From a candidate division WOR-3 bacterium (lineage in GTDB: Bacteria > Hydrothermota > Tepidihabitantia > Tepidihabitantales > Tepidihabitantaceae), in contig JBBISL010000015.1 of the NCBI GenBank assembly GCA_037441285.1, forward strand, positions 1 through 44,679: a stretch of 44,679 nt of DNA, in the 5' to 3' direction. Every line of letters starts with the position of its first letter. Position 1 is the stretch's first letter. Both the position numbers and the translations under genes were made by a program. The notes below the pieces were generated by a model, which ran no database searches, was not told the DNA's origin, and saw only the letters and a program-made list of their open reading frames with translations. Below, piece after piece: positions 1 through 9,425 of the stretch.

Positions 1-32
1 AGTAAAAAGATGCCAATTAATCCCTTCTTCAT

Positions 33-1322
33 TTAATTTTCGCTCCTGATAAGCACAAACCTCACCCCCGAATTGAAAACCCCTTTCAGCCGGGCAAAAT
101 AGACACCGGATTTAACCGGCTGACCATCAAAACCCCTGCCATTCCAGACCACAACCTTTGCGTTGCTACCGGCAGTAAGAATTGTCACCTGACGGCCAAA
201 CAGGTCATAAATTTCAACCGTGCCCTGCCGATTTTGCTCATCGAGGATAAAAGTTATCCGGCGCCCCACCGTGCCAAGACACCGAATAGCCTGCCCTTTA
301 AACAACCGCTCCTTACCCTGTTCCTGCACACCACTAAAGCAAACCTGCCAGGTTGCGCCACCATCAATCGTCCGCACCACAACACCGTTTCCCGAAGCCA
401 TACCGCGCAGCGAATCGGCAAAATCGATGTCAAAAAGTGTACTGTCAGCACCGGAAATCTGGCTAACCCAGGTGTTACCGCCATCGGAAGTGTGGATTAT
501 CGTACCGTTCCTGCCACAAGCCCAGCCCTTTGTTGGGCTCACAAACTTCAACGCCCGCAGAAACCGCGCCTCAGCCGGAACTGTCTGCTCAATCCAGGTA
601 TTTCCGCCATCGGTCGTATGTAAAACCACCGCCCGGAAATTCCGGTCATCACCACCCACAACCCAGCCGCGCAAACTGTCCGCGAAATAAACATCATAAA
701 AGTCGTAGTTGTTATCGCGGCGCACCACCTCCCAGTTTTCCGCACTACCTCCATCCCTGGTCCGAGCAATGACCCCCTGTCCACCCAAAAATGTATCGCC
801 ACTGGGCCAGTGACCGGCAACCAACCAGCCATAATTCCGGTCAACAAACCAGACCCCCTGGAACTCAGCGGTATCACCAGATGGAAACGGTGGAACTCTT
901 AAAAATATCTGCTCCCATTCGGCACCACCGGTTGTGCTTTTCAACTGGACAATATCACCGCCTGCTGCCCAACCAAACTCAGGGTCAAAAAATCTGATGC
1001 GCGCCGCATGTTTCGGACCACCGAGATTAACCCTTGACCAGCTGTCCCCACCATCTATGGTTCGCCAGATATCACCCGACCTGCCACAGGTCCAGCCTGA
1101 ATCCGGAGTTAAAAAGAAAACATCAAAAAAGTCCCGGATTGTAGGAATATCAACCGGTTCCCAGGATGAACCAAAATCGGTTGTGTGAAAAACTCCGGTA
1201 GTTTCAATCGTCACAACCCAGGCGTGCTGTCCACCCGGTGGTGTTGCAACACCGTGGAAGATAAGCGCCCAGGAAGACGTAAAGATTGTTAGAAAACCAA
1301 AGATTAAGACAGACCTCTTCAT
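33..1322 (-). CDS. Secreted YCF48/BNR (Asp-box) beta-propeller protein with C-terminal FlgD-Ig/T9SS-like sorting domain
   Basis: Signal peptide; repeated TxDGGxxW Asp-boxes (TTDFGSSW, TIDGGDSW, TTDGGNTW, TSDGGNTW); tail IYDLFGRQV..WNGRGFDGQPVKSGVYFARL; AGGAG RBS. Confidence 0.8.
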   Translation of the reverse strand: MKRSVLIFGFLTIFTSSWALIFHGVATPPGGQHAWVVTIETTGVFHTTDFGSSWEPVDIPTIRDFFDVFFLTPDSGWTCGRSGDIWRTIDGGDSWSRVNLGGPKHAARIRFFDPEFGWAAGGDIVQLKSTTGGAEWEQIFLRVPPFPSGDTAEFQGVWFVDRNYGWLVAGHWPSGDTFLGGQGVIARTRDGGSAENWEVVRRDNNYDFYDVYFADSLRGWVVGGDDRNFRAVVLHTTDGGNTWIEQTVPAEARFLRALKFVSPTKGWACGRNGTIIHTSDGGNTWVSQISGADSTLFDIDFADSLRGMASGNGVVVRTIDGGATWQVCFSGVQEQGKERLFKGQAIRCLGTVGRRITFILDEQNRQGTVEIYDLFGRQVTILTAGSNAKVVVWNGRGFDGQPVKSGVYFARLKGVFNSGVRFVLIRSEN

Positions 1323-1337
1323 AACACTCCTTTCTTT

Positions 1338-4300
1338 TCAGCGGACAACAACAACCACCTTATTCTTTAAAATTTTACCGGCGCGGCTCGTTCCCGTCAA
1401 CCGTACCAGATAAACACCCCCGGAAACCACCTCACCTTTGGTATCTCTTAAATCCCAGTAGAGTTGACTCGGGCGATTAGTGCCGAGCACTTCAAACCTT
1501 CGCACCTGCCGGCCGGCAACATCAAAAATCTGTATCGTGCCTTCTTCTATACCGCTGATAAGAAACGAAACACCGCTCCGCACAACATTGGGTTTCGCTT
1601 CAAAGCCGATGTCAAACTGGCGATTATCGCCTTCACTAATAAAAGTAAATGTGTCCGGCGGATTGGTTGTGAACTTAATCGCCCGTCCCGGCACAACCTC
1701 AGCCGCGGTTACTGGATAACTTCCGGCAAATGTCCATTCCAGGCCATCGTTGTGGCTCGGGCTCTGAATACCAACTGTGGCGAAATTGTGACTATTCTGC
1801 CAGAGACTGTCATCATTCTGGACATAGAGATACTGAAAGACAATAGCACCGTCCCCGGTCTTCGTCGAATGAAAAGCCGGGTCATAAAGAGTCGCCTCAA
1901 ATGTCTGCTGTTCCCCGATATAGGGCCGCCGATATCCATGAATATGATACACCCGGCTCCACTCAACAATAAAACGATGCTCAGCCTCATCGTAATAGTA
2001 GAACACGCCGGGTGCTCCTAATGTGTCCGCCCGAAAGTCGTCCCAGAACACCGCAATCAAGCCGTCCGGTCCTTGAGCCGAAGGGATGTGCCAGTTGTAC
2101 TGGTCGCTGAAGGTTGTGCTGCCCATTGCAATGTAACCGTTATCAGTAATCGAGATGGTCCGGTACTCAGTTCCATAAAACTTGAAGGTAAACGGCAAAT
2201 CAATCGGCACCGCCTGGTCATTACCCAGGTCAAGATGGGTACCTGGCCCACCTTGCCCAGGGTCAATCTCCACCCAGTTGTAAACTGGTCGCTCCTGATA
2301 ACCGATATCGGTGTCGTCATAGCCGTAATATCCGTGATAGTCTGGACCTGATGGCGCGCTGGCAACCGGCTCGCCGATGGTAATTGGAAACCCTACTGTC
2401 TGCTCAAAACCGTCTGAACTCCTGAAAACCAACCACAAAAGAAACTTCCGCCCGACACCGATGTCCGGTGCGGCTTGAACCACAAACCGGTCGCTACTAT
2501 TCTCTCCTGTGCTACCGGCTCCAACCGTTCCAAAATAACCTGAAGAATCAAGCACCGCTATTGCCCGGTTGTTAGAAGAACGCAGAATCCCAGTGGCATT
2601 TTGCGCTTCAATATCACCGCGATTCAGAACCCGCACCGACAACTCTCTTGCCTCACCCGGGTCAAGAAATCCATTGGCATCATAGACCGTTAAACCGGTA
2701 ACCGCCACGGCTGGACCCAAAACCTCAAGCGAAAACCCTGTTGTCCAGACACTATCACCACTCGTTATTCTCAACTGGAAATTAACCGCTTGTCGGCTGG
2801 TGCAAGCCGGCGCAATCTGAACCACAAACGGTGCTGCAGTTCGCTCCTCTCCCGGATTAAGCGAACCATAATCTCGGATTGAGTCCGCTACCGCAGAAAA
2901 AGAGTCAAGAGAATAAAGAACCGCCTGAATCCCATTCGCGGGCTGTGAAACACCAAAATTTTTCAAAGTCACAGAAACATTGGCTAACACGCCAGGTGAG
3001 ACATTGTCCGGGTCGTAATTAGCAACGCCAACTAGCACCCCTCTTTCCTCACCCAGACTGAAACCGAGATGGGGTTTAAGATTTTTGCCGGTAACGGTCA
3101 CAAACAGCGTATCCGGTGTGGTCGTGGTAATACTGAACCGTGCCCAGCCCGAACTGTTCGTCCGCATCAATGAATGCACCTCATCCGACTTGTAAAGACA
3201 GACCAGAGCATCTTTTACCGGGTTGCCCGAAGCATCCCGCACATAAACCGGAAAGGAGGTGTTTCCGGTCGGATAGACCGTTGGGTAGGAAACGGTAATC
3301 TCTTTGGGCACCGTGGTCCACATCTCCATTGATGGGTCACCAAGAAGGTTGTAAGTGTAAAAATATAGAATCAGGTCTGAAGAGTCTTCGGGCAATGGAA
3401 AGTTCATAAACTGCTCCAGTTTCCCGCAGTACATCGCCGGTCCTAAGGTCGTAACATTGCGGTCGAATATCGCCCGATAAATTCCGTAGTCCATACAGTT
3501 GTTCCAGCGGGTTGAGGTGCCGGTATAAGATGTCCCCCAGAATGCAACCCCTCCCTTGGGACTGGTTGGAGTCCCGGCACGCAACCACGCCTCACCAAAA
3601 CAGGGGTTTGCACCATAGTTTCCGGTACCGCAGTACAAACTGGTAATCACCGGCAACTTCCATCCATTATTCAAGTTGTAAACATCGTTAATCTCAAATT
3701 GCGGATAGTTCCACATCCTTGTCTGACCCCAACCCCTGCCGTTGACAAATAACACTCCCGAATTGACCGCGCTATCAACCGGTCCTCGACCGGAAAGCGT
3801 TGGCGGATAGAATACGGTGTCAACCTTTTGAAACCCCCGGCTCAGAAGTTGCTCGCGGATGCGCCGTTTTGTAACCAGTGCGGTAACCGCGGGTGTTCCC
3901 CCTTCCTGATAACTGGTGCCGACCATCAACGCCTGATGAAACCAGGCGGTATCAGCGGTATAAGGGTTAGATTCGTAGTTGACGATTTTGGCGACAATGC
4001 AATCCAGTTCTGACACATTTGCGGCCGGAAGCCTACCGACAAACAGGTCCGCAAGGTGGTCGTCACCATCCACCAATGAGTAGGTGTGGTCGGTTACGCA
4101 GGAAGTTGCACCGGGCGTCGGAAAAGCGGGAATTTTGTTTATCGCGCCTACTAACAGCACATAGGTCGGTTTCGGCGTCCAGGTCGCATAGGCGTTGCTG
4201 ATGAAATTCCGTATCTCATCCCGCTGCGTTCCGGTCTCTGATGTCTTTTTAACCCACACCTTAAACCCTTTAAGTTCCTTCCACCGTGCTAAAGGTAGAA

Positions 4301-4724
4301 TGTGGTCATAGAAGTCGTCCGGTACGATAATCAGATAACCAACCTCTTCAATGTTGTTTTCCCAGCCGCTCAACCAGGGAAATAATAAACGCGCCATCGG
4401 GTTATCGGCCGACCGCTTATCAATCGATTGTGCCAATTTCAGTTCCAACTCCGCCTTCTCATCACCTCCGGGTACAACAATCAAAGGCACAACCTCAATC
4501 CCCCCTGCCTTCATCACCCTGCCAAAGTACCACTGGCAGTTCCGGGCAGAAGAAACCACCGGTAAAACCGCGCCCGGTGCCGGCACAAGAATCGCATTAG
4601 CAGCGACCGATTCCTGAGGTGCCACGGTAACAGTTAATGTCCGCTCTCGCACCAACACTGAAACTGGACTGTCAATAAAACTGGACGCCCCAAAGACAAG
4701 AAGCAAAATACCCAACCCGGTCAT
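1338..4724 (-). CDS. C25 (gingipain-family) peptidase-like protein with GPDxxGY module and FlgD-Ig/T9SS-like C-terminal domain; catalytic His position reads Trp
   Basis: C25 motifs YLIIVPD, YVLLVG, DLFVGRL, YNLLGDP; GRGWG in place of GHG and Cys in SLYCGTG. Start moved to ATG 4724, which overlaps the upstream TAA (TAATG) and follows AGGAGGAG. Confidence 0.8.
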   Translation of the reverse strand: MTGLGILLLVFGASSFIDSPVSVLVRERTLTVTVAPQESVAANAILVPAPGAVLPVVSSARNCQWYFGRVMKAGGIEVVPLIVVPGGDEKAELELKLAQSIDKRSADNPMARLLFPWLSGWENNIEEVGYLIIVPDDFYDHILPLARWKELKGFKVWVKKTSETGTQRDEIRNFISNAYATWTPKPTYVLLVGAINKIPAFPTPGATSCVTDHTYSLVDGDDHLADLFVGRLPAANVSELDCIVAKIVNYESNPYTADTAWFHQALMVGTSYQEGGTPAVTALVTKRRIREQLLSRGFQKVDTVFYPPTLSGRGPVDSAVNSGVLFVNGRGWGQTRMWNYPQFEINDVYNLNNGWKLPVITSLYCGTGNYGANPCFGEAWLRAGTPTSPKGGVAFWGTSYTGTSTRWNNCMDYGIYRAIFDRNVTTLGPAMYCGKLEQFMNFPLPEDSSDLILYFYTYNLLGDPSMEMWTTVPKEITVSYPTVYPTGNTSFPVYVRDASGNPVKDALVCLYKSDEVHSLMRTNSSGWARFSITTTTPDTLFVTVTGKNLKPHLGFSLGEERGVLVGVANYDPDNVSPGVLANVSVTLKNFGVSQPANGIQAVLYSLDSFSAVADSIRDYGSLNPGEERTAAPFVVQIAPACTSRQAVNFQLRITSGDSVWTTGFSLEVLGPAVAVTGLTVYDANGFLDPGEARELSVRVLNRGDIEAQNATGILRSSNNRAIAVLDSSGYFGTVGAGSTGENSSDRFVVQAAPDIGVGRKFLLWLVFRSSDGFEQTVGFPITIGEPVASAPSGPDYHGYYGYDDTDIGYQERPVYNWVEIDPGQGGPGTHLDLGNDQAVPIDLPFTFKFYGTEYRTISITDNGYIAMGSTTFSDQYNWHIPSAQGPDGLIAVFWDDFRADTLGAPGVFYYYDEAEHRFIVEWSRVYHIHGYRRPYIGEQQTFEATLYDPAFHSTKTGDGAIVFQYLYVQNDDSLWQNSHNFATVGIQSPSHNDGLEWTFAGSYPVTAAEVVPGRAIKFTTNPPDTFTFISEGDNRQFDIGFEAKPNVVRSGVSFLISGIEEGTIQIFDVAGRQVRRFEVLGTNRPSQLYWDLRDTKGEVVSGGVYLVRLTGTSRAGKILKNKVVVVVR

Positions 4725-5980
4725 TACCACTCCTCCTTTCTCACGGTAACAATTCCCCAATCCCGGTCACAAATCAGATAATAGTCACGGTTGGCAGATA
4801 CTCCCGCCGCATACGCATAAGGGGTTTTTATCTGTGCCAACAGTTCGGGTGATTCCGGCTGGGCACAGTTCACAATTGCAACCCCACCCGAACCGCAGGC
4901 AACCACTACCAGGCTATCGTCTATCACAACTGAATTCGCATATCCATCAAGGGCTAATGTACTCAGCACCTTGATACTATCGGGCTCTGACCCATCAAGC
5001 ACCATCAGCCCATTACGACCATCGGCAACAAAAAGATGGTCTCCCTGAACCGCAATGCCGCGGGCATTTCCCGGTGTATCAAAACTTCCGACCTGTACCG
5101 GTGGAAAGGTGTCAAGACGCCAGGCAGCAACACCTAACTGTTCGCAGGCGACAAAAGCCCAAGCCGCACGCAAAGCAACATCCCGGCAGTCACGCGGGTA
5201 GTAGTATTGAAACCGGAGGTTGGGATAGCGCGGGTCGCTTACTGATGCGGCGATAAACTGAGCGCCCGCCGCAATGTAAACCCAGGTGTCCTGCAATACC
5301 AGATTGTAACCATAACCGGGTTGCGGGTACTCTAAAACGCCGGTAACTTTAATACTCTCGGGCTGACGGACATTCAAAATCAAAAGTTCCTTATAACCAT
5401 AGGCAAGAAATACCAGACTGTCCTGAACCGCAACGCCCCAGGCGACATTCAAAGAGTCCAGATAGCCGCCCACAAACACCGGCGCCTCCGGGTTGGAAAC
5501 ATCAAAAACCGCCAATCCAGCCTGGCCATCTGCCACATAAGCCCGGTTACCGGCAATCGCAATTTTATGCGGATAGCCCGTGGTCTTAAAATTACTCTTT
5601 ACGGCAAACCGCTGAATCGTAAACGAACCAATCTCGGACCAGTCACCCCAAACTCCTTCTTCACTCTGTGCCTTTACCCGCCAGAAATAGTTACCATCGG
5701 TCTTCAACCTGATACTCACCGAATATCCGGCAACCGTATCTTCAACCACCAAACTTTTAAACTTGCTATCCTGAGCAACCTGTAACAGATAAGAGGCGGC
5801 ATTGACATCTTCCCATTGAAATGTAACTTCCGCCGAATTCAAAATCGCATCCGGCGCCGGAAGATTCAACACCACTTGACCCGGCGCCGGCAGGGGGCGA
5901 ATACAGTAAACCCCAAAACCGGCAAAGACCAGTATCAATAAGAGCGCAACCCAAAGAAGCAATTTCCTAACCCCTTTCAT
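4724..5980 (-). CDS. Membrane-anchored or exported LVIVD-repeat beta-propeller protein with N-terminal Fn3/Ig-like domain
   Basis: N-terminal hydrophobic segment; YFWRVKA Fn3-like motif; repeats AYVADGQAGLAVFDVSNPEAP and LFVADGRNGLMVLDGSEP. Confidence 0.75.
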   Translation of the reverse strand: MKGVRKLLLWVALLLILVFAGFGVYCIRPLPAPGQVVLNLPAPDAILNSAEVTFQWEDVNAASYLLQVAQDSKFKSLVVEDTVAGYSVSIRLKTDGNYFWRVKAQSEEGVWGDWSEIGSFTIQRFAVKSNFKTTGYPHKIAIAGNRAYVADGQAGLAVFDVSNPEAPVFVGGYLDSLNVAWGVAVQDSLVFLAYGYKELLILNVRQPESIKVTGVLEYPQPGYGYNLVLQDTWVYIAAGAQFIAASVSDPRYPNLRFQYYYPRDCRDVALRAAWAFVACEQLGVAAWRLDTFPPVQVGSFDTPGNARGIAVQGDHLFVADGRNGLMVLDGSEPDSIKVLSTLALDGYANSVVIDDSLVVVACGSGGVAIVNCAQPESPELLAQIKTPYAYAAGVSANRDYYLICDRDWGIVTVRKEEW

Positions 5981-7008
5981 CTATCTCCCCCTTTCTTTCC
6001 CTTTTGTGCCTTTGCTGCCGCACCAGTTTTAAGGGGCAGCCGCACGCCCAAGGTGAATGCACTCACCCGGTAATTTTTTATTTCGTCAATCTCGTTCTGG
6101 TAAGGAGAACTGACCTCACGCCACTCCAACTGGTATGTGAAGGAAAGTGTAACCGGTTTTAACCGGTACTCGGCACCGACGGTAATCTCCTGAGTTTCGT
6201 CAATCCTGCCGGCGTGCGTTTCATCCTCAGTTGCGGTGTAACGCCGATAAGCCCAATTGTAACCGGCGTTAATTCCAAACCGACTAAACCTTCTGGGCTT
6301 CGTTACCACCTGAAAACCCAACCGCTGCTCATCGTAAGAGATATCCGGTGATGGTCCTTTTGCCCTTGCCCATTTAAACTTATACTCCCCGCTCAGCGTA
6401 AAGTTGGACCAGGGGCGCCAGTCGATTGAAATACCGGTCCGGTGCGCCTTCGTGTCATAATAGTCAAACGGCGCAATGTAATCGTCTATTTCAAAACGGT
6501 ATTCTGGTTGCAAATTAAACGGACCGAACTGCCGCTCAAAATCAAACCCGAACAGGTACTCACTGAACCGGCACGCCGCATACCGCTCACCGGTCTTAAC
6601 GGTCCTATCGCGGTAGTACCGAATCAGATAGTTTGGCATCCATACCAAAGACATTTTAGCCGTCCCAACTCTTCCTAAATCCTGTTTTATTCGGCCGGTC
6701 ACCAGTCCGTAACTCTTTTCTGGATTCATTACGAACTGGTGGAGTTTCAGACCAAGTTGCGGCTCAAAACCCTTCGTTCCCATCCCGGCTAACTCCCCGG
6801 CGATGGTTACATCAACATCGTCAAGCGTTTTATAAGGAAATCGTGCCGGATTCTGCCGCTGCCGGAACGCATCAATATCTGATGGAGAAAAAAGAAAGAT
6901 GTTGTTATGGTATTTAACATCCGTCTCCCAGACCGTACGCCACGAATCCGCACCCTGACCCGCACTCACCAAAAACAAAAAAAGTATCACCGGTTTAATC
7001 CTGGCCAT
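5977..7008 (-). CDS. Putative outer-membrane beta-barrel protein
   Basis: Signal peptide; alternating aromatic/hydrophobic strands (FTLSGEYKF, FGINAGYNW, LSFTYQLEW, FTLGVRLPL). Confidence 0.55.
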   Translation of the reverse strand: MARIKPVILFLFLVSAGQGADSWRTVWETDVKYHNNIFLFSPSDIDAFRQRQNPARFPYKTLDDVDVTIAGELAGMGTKGFEPQLGLKLHQFVMNPEKSYGLVTGRIKQDLGRVGTAKMSLVWMPNYLIRYYRDRTVKTGERYAACRFSEYLFGFDFERQFGPFNLQPEYRFEIDDYIAPFDYYDTKAHRTGISIDWRPWSNFTLSGEYKFKWARAKGPSPDISYDEQRLGFQVVTKPRRFSRFGINAGYNWAYRRYTATEDETHAGRIDETQEITVGAEYRLKPVTLSFTYQLEWREVSSPYQNEIDEIKNYRVSAFTLGVRLPLKTGAAAKAQKGKKGGDR

Positions 7009-7894
7009 AACCCGTTTCCTTTACAAGCCTTTCAATCATCAATGCCCCGCCTTTTGCCGTCGTACCCTCGAGGACAATCTTGAGCCGATGCGCACCCGGT
7101 TTCAAATCAAACTTCAACAGCCGCTCCACCGATGGAACAAGATCGTTCATCTCCTCATAGCGTGCCCCAAGCGCCTTCTTCACCCTGAAACTCCTTTCCG
7201 CAATCAACTTGCCATCCTCCTGAACCGCAATCCCGAACACCTGCTCCCCGCGCATTGTTTGGTCAAAATTCAGCCGCACCCGCACCCGAACTGGACCGGA
7301 ACCGGAAAAACCGACTTCACCGGGCTCATCACGGAAAATTTGATAATAACCACTCCGGCGCGTTGTTTCGCTACCCTGCTTCGTAATAACCGTCAAACCT
7401 TTACCGCCCGAAACTGTCAACCTCTCCCAGACCGCAGGTGTCTCAAACGCCAGCCGAATCGCCACGGTATCAGACTGAGCACTGTCCAGAAGCAGTTTAA
7501 AGGTTGAGTCCCCGGGCATCAGTTTTACAAAAAAAGAGCGCCATTTGCCGAGCGGCTGTCCTGCCGGTCCCAGCGTTTTATTTGACCGTTCGGTATCAAG
7601 ACGGAACCGCTGGCGCTGACCGCCTTTAATAAACAGGATTGAATAAGCCGCCTTATCTTCCGGCCGGTCCTGCCACCACAAACGGGTGTAAATCCGTAAC
7701 CAGTTTCCGGTGTCGGAAACGGTGCTGATGTTAAATGTCAGCGGTTGGTCTCGGGTCAAGAGGTAATAGTCAACCGGTACCTGCTTGATAACATTCAACT
7801 GAACTTTAGCCGGTTGCCCGAGCGGCAGAATCTGCGTGCCCACGACCAAACCGGTCAGACACAAAACGGTCAACACACTTACCGGTCTCTTCAT
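6995..7894 (-). CDS. Exported hypothetical protein with two similar beta-rich halves
   Basis: Signal peptide; YYLLTRDQP..LRIYTRL resembles YYQIFRDEP..VRVRVRL; overlaps both neighbours. Confidence 0.6.
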   Translation of the reverse strand: MKRPVSVLTVLCLTGLVVGTQILPLGQPAKVQLNVIKQVPVDYYLLTRDQPLTFNISTVSDTGNWLRIYTRLWWQDRPEDKAAYSILFIKGGQRQRFRLDTERSNKTLGPAGQPLGKWRSFFVKLMPGDSTFKLLLDSAQSDTVAIRLAFETPAVWERLTVSGGKGLTVITKQGSETTRRSGYYQIFRDEPGEVGFSGSGPVRVRVRLNFDQTMRGEQVFGIAVQEDGKLIAERSFRVKKALGARYEEMNDLVPSVERLLKFDLKPGAHRLKIVLEGTTAKGGALMIERLVKETGYGQD

Positions 7895-8982
7895 ACCGCC
7901 TCCCCCTCATCTTCGCCCCGAACACCAAAGTAGTACTCAATCTCATACCGGACAACGAGGAATAATAGACCGAACAGAACTATCGCCAGAAGGAGCGCAC
8001 CGACAACCGAGTAACGAGCCTCGTAAAACAGCCTGCCCTTACCAATCTCGCCCAGCGGCACCGGTGCAATCGGCAGCCGGTAATCACTGGCAACTCGCCT
8101 TGGGCTACCAATGTGAATCACCGGCAATCTCCGATTTAAAAATTCGGCAACAATCCCGGTCCCGGCTCGGGCGATGCGTTCGGTAATCACCCTTGATGGC
8201 AGCCGCACAAGTAACTCACCGGAATTGGAACTTGCCTGACCTACTGCAACCAAAAGCCGGCACCGTTCAAAAATCGCCGCCCGCTTTGCGACCGCTTCGG
8301 ACAAAGACTCTGGCACAAACAACGACACACCGGTCAACTTTGCCACGCTGTCAAGAATCATTCTGCCTTCGGGCGAAAACCCCCGGCCATCATCGGTCTC
8401 GCCACCCCGTGTTGCCAGGACACTGGAAAAATCCCATAGTCCGGCTTGGCGCAGAACTTTCTCAATCTCCAGCCAGGTCCAGCCCGGATAGTTTGCCCCC
8501 CACATTCCGGCACTCTGGTCGGTCACAATCACCGGCACCAGGCTCAAGGTCTTTGCCACCGCCAGAATCTGGATATTTAACGCCGGATATGTTCCATCCC
8601 AGTTTATCGCCACGGTATCACCGGCTTTGGCACCGGCTTTGTAAAACATCTCAATTAGGGCGGCACTGAAGTTGGGATTGGTGGTCGTCAGGGCATCGCT
8701 CAAATCGCTTCTCCCATAGGTAATCTGGGAAAATTGAACCCCGACCAGACCGGTTAAGTTCGGGTCGTTAACCGAATCTATTGGCAGATGGAGTTCATTC
8801 AACCGGTAGTTCCGCACCACCGCAAACGCCTTTGCCGACAACCGGGCAGCGGCAATTTTTGTCTCATACCACCGGCTCGGCACCGTCCGTTTTGTCCGGC
8901 TCTCGATAAAGTAAAAAAGCAGGCCGATGAGTGCCAGAACAAAAATCACCCAGCGATTTATCTTACCACGCCGGCGCCGCAT
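7891..8982 (-). CDS. pgsW: Poly-gamma-glutamate system protein (PgsW-like)
   Basis: N- and C-terminal TM helices; DPNLTGLVG..S.IT, TTTNPNFSA, GTYPALNI and WGANYP motifs; follows pgsBC. Confidence 0.8.
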   Translation of the reverse strand: MRRRRGKINRWVIFVLALIGLLFYFIESRTKRTVPSRWYETKIAAARLSAKAFAVVRNYRLNELHLPIDSVNDPNLTGLVGVQFSQITYGRSDLSDALTTTNPNFSAALIEMFYKAGAKAGDTVAINWDGTYPALNIQILAVAKTLSLVPVIVTDQSAGMWGANYPGWTWLEIEKVLRQAGLWDFSSVLATRGGETDDGRGFSPEGRMILDSVAKLTGVSLFVPESLSEAVAKRAAIFERCRLLVAVGQASSNSGELLVRLPSRVITERIARAGTGIVAEFLNRRLPVIHIGSPRRVASDYRLPIAPVPLGEIGKGRLFYEARYSVVGALLLAIVLFGLLFLVVRYEIEYYFGVRGEDEGEAV

Positions 8983-9425
8983 CAGAACACCCCGCCCGAT
9001 ATTGCGGTAATCAAAAAACGGGTGAGTACCGCCGCAATCACCATCGTGGAAATCGTTTCCACAATCCCCTGGCGACTCATCCAGTAGGCAATAAGCCCCG
9101 GGATAACATAACCAATCACGCTTAAATCCACCCGTCCGGAGTTCAAACTCAGCGGTGGTGCAATCTTGGTCGCATAGCCTAAAAGATAGCCGATGAGCAC
9201 GCCGAGCAGCAGCGTGCGCCGACCAAAGAGCAACATAAACCGGCTCAAAAACTTTAACAGGAGATAGGTAACAAACGCCACCGCTACGGTTGACAGAAGT
9301 CGCACCGGTTCATTTAAACTCAATGCGATGTAACCGGGCACAACAATACCACCGGCGGCCCGCCCGCCCGGGGGGGGAAGAAAAAAAGAAAGTAGCCTAC
9401 CGAGCCCGATGGTTTGAATTATCAA
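8982..9425 (-). CDS. pgsC: Poly-gamma-glutamate biosynthesis protein PgsC/CapC
   Basis: AGGIVVPGYIAL, LFGRR and IGYVIPGLIA motifs; TTG start at 9425 after AGGAGG gives 147 aa. Confidence 0.9.
   Translation of the reverse strand: MIIQTIGLGRLLSFFLPPPGGRAAGGIVVPGYIALSLNEPVRLLSTVAVAFVTYLLLKFLSRFMLLFGRRTLLLGVLIGYLLGYATKIAPPLSLNSGRVDLSVIGYVIPGLIAYWMSRQGIVETISTMVIAAVLTRFLITAISGGVF

Noticed and set aside
1323..1340. TGA of the C25 gene is in frame with the next ORF (15-nt gap), suggesting a second read-through
   Set aside because: The TGA follows a complete sorting domain, the gap holds an AGGAG RBS, the next gene has its own signal peptide, and there is no Cys context or hairpin
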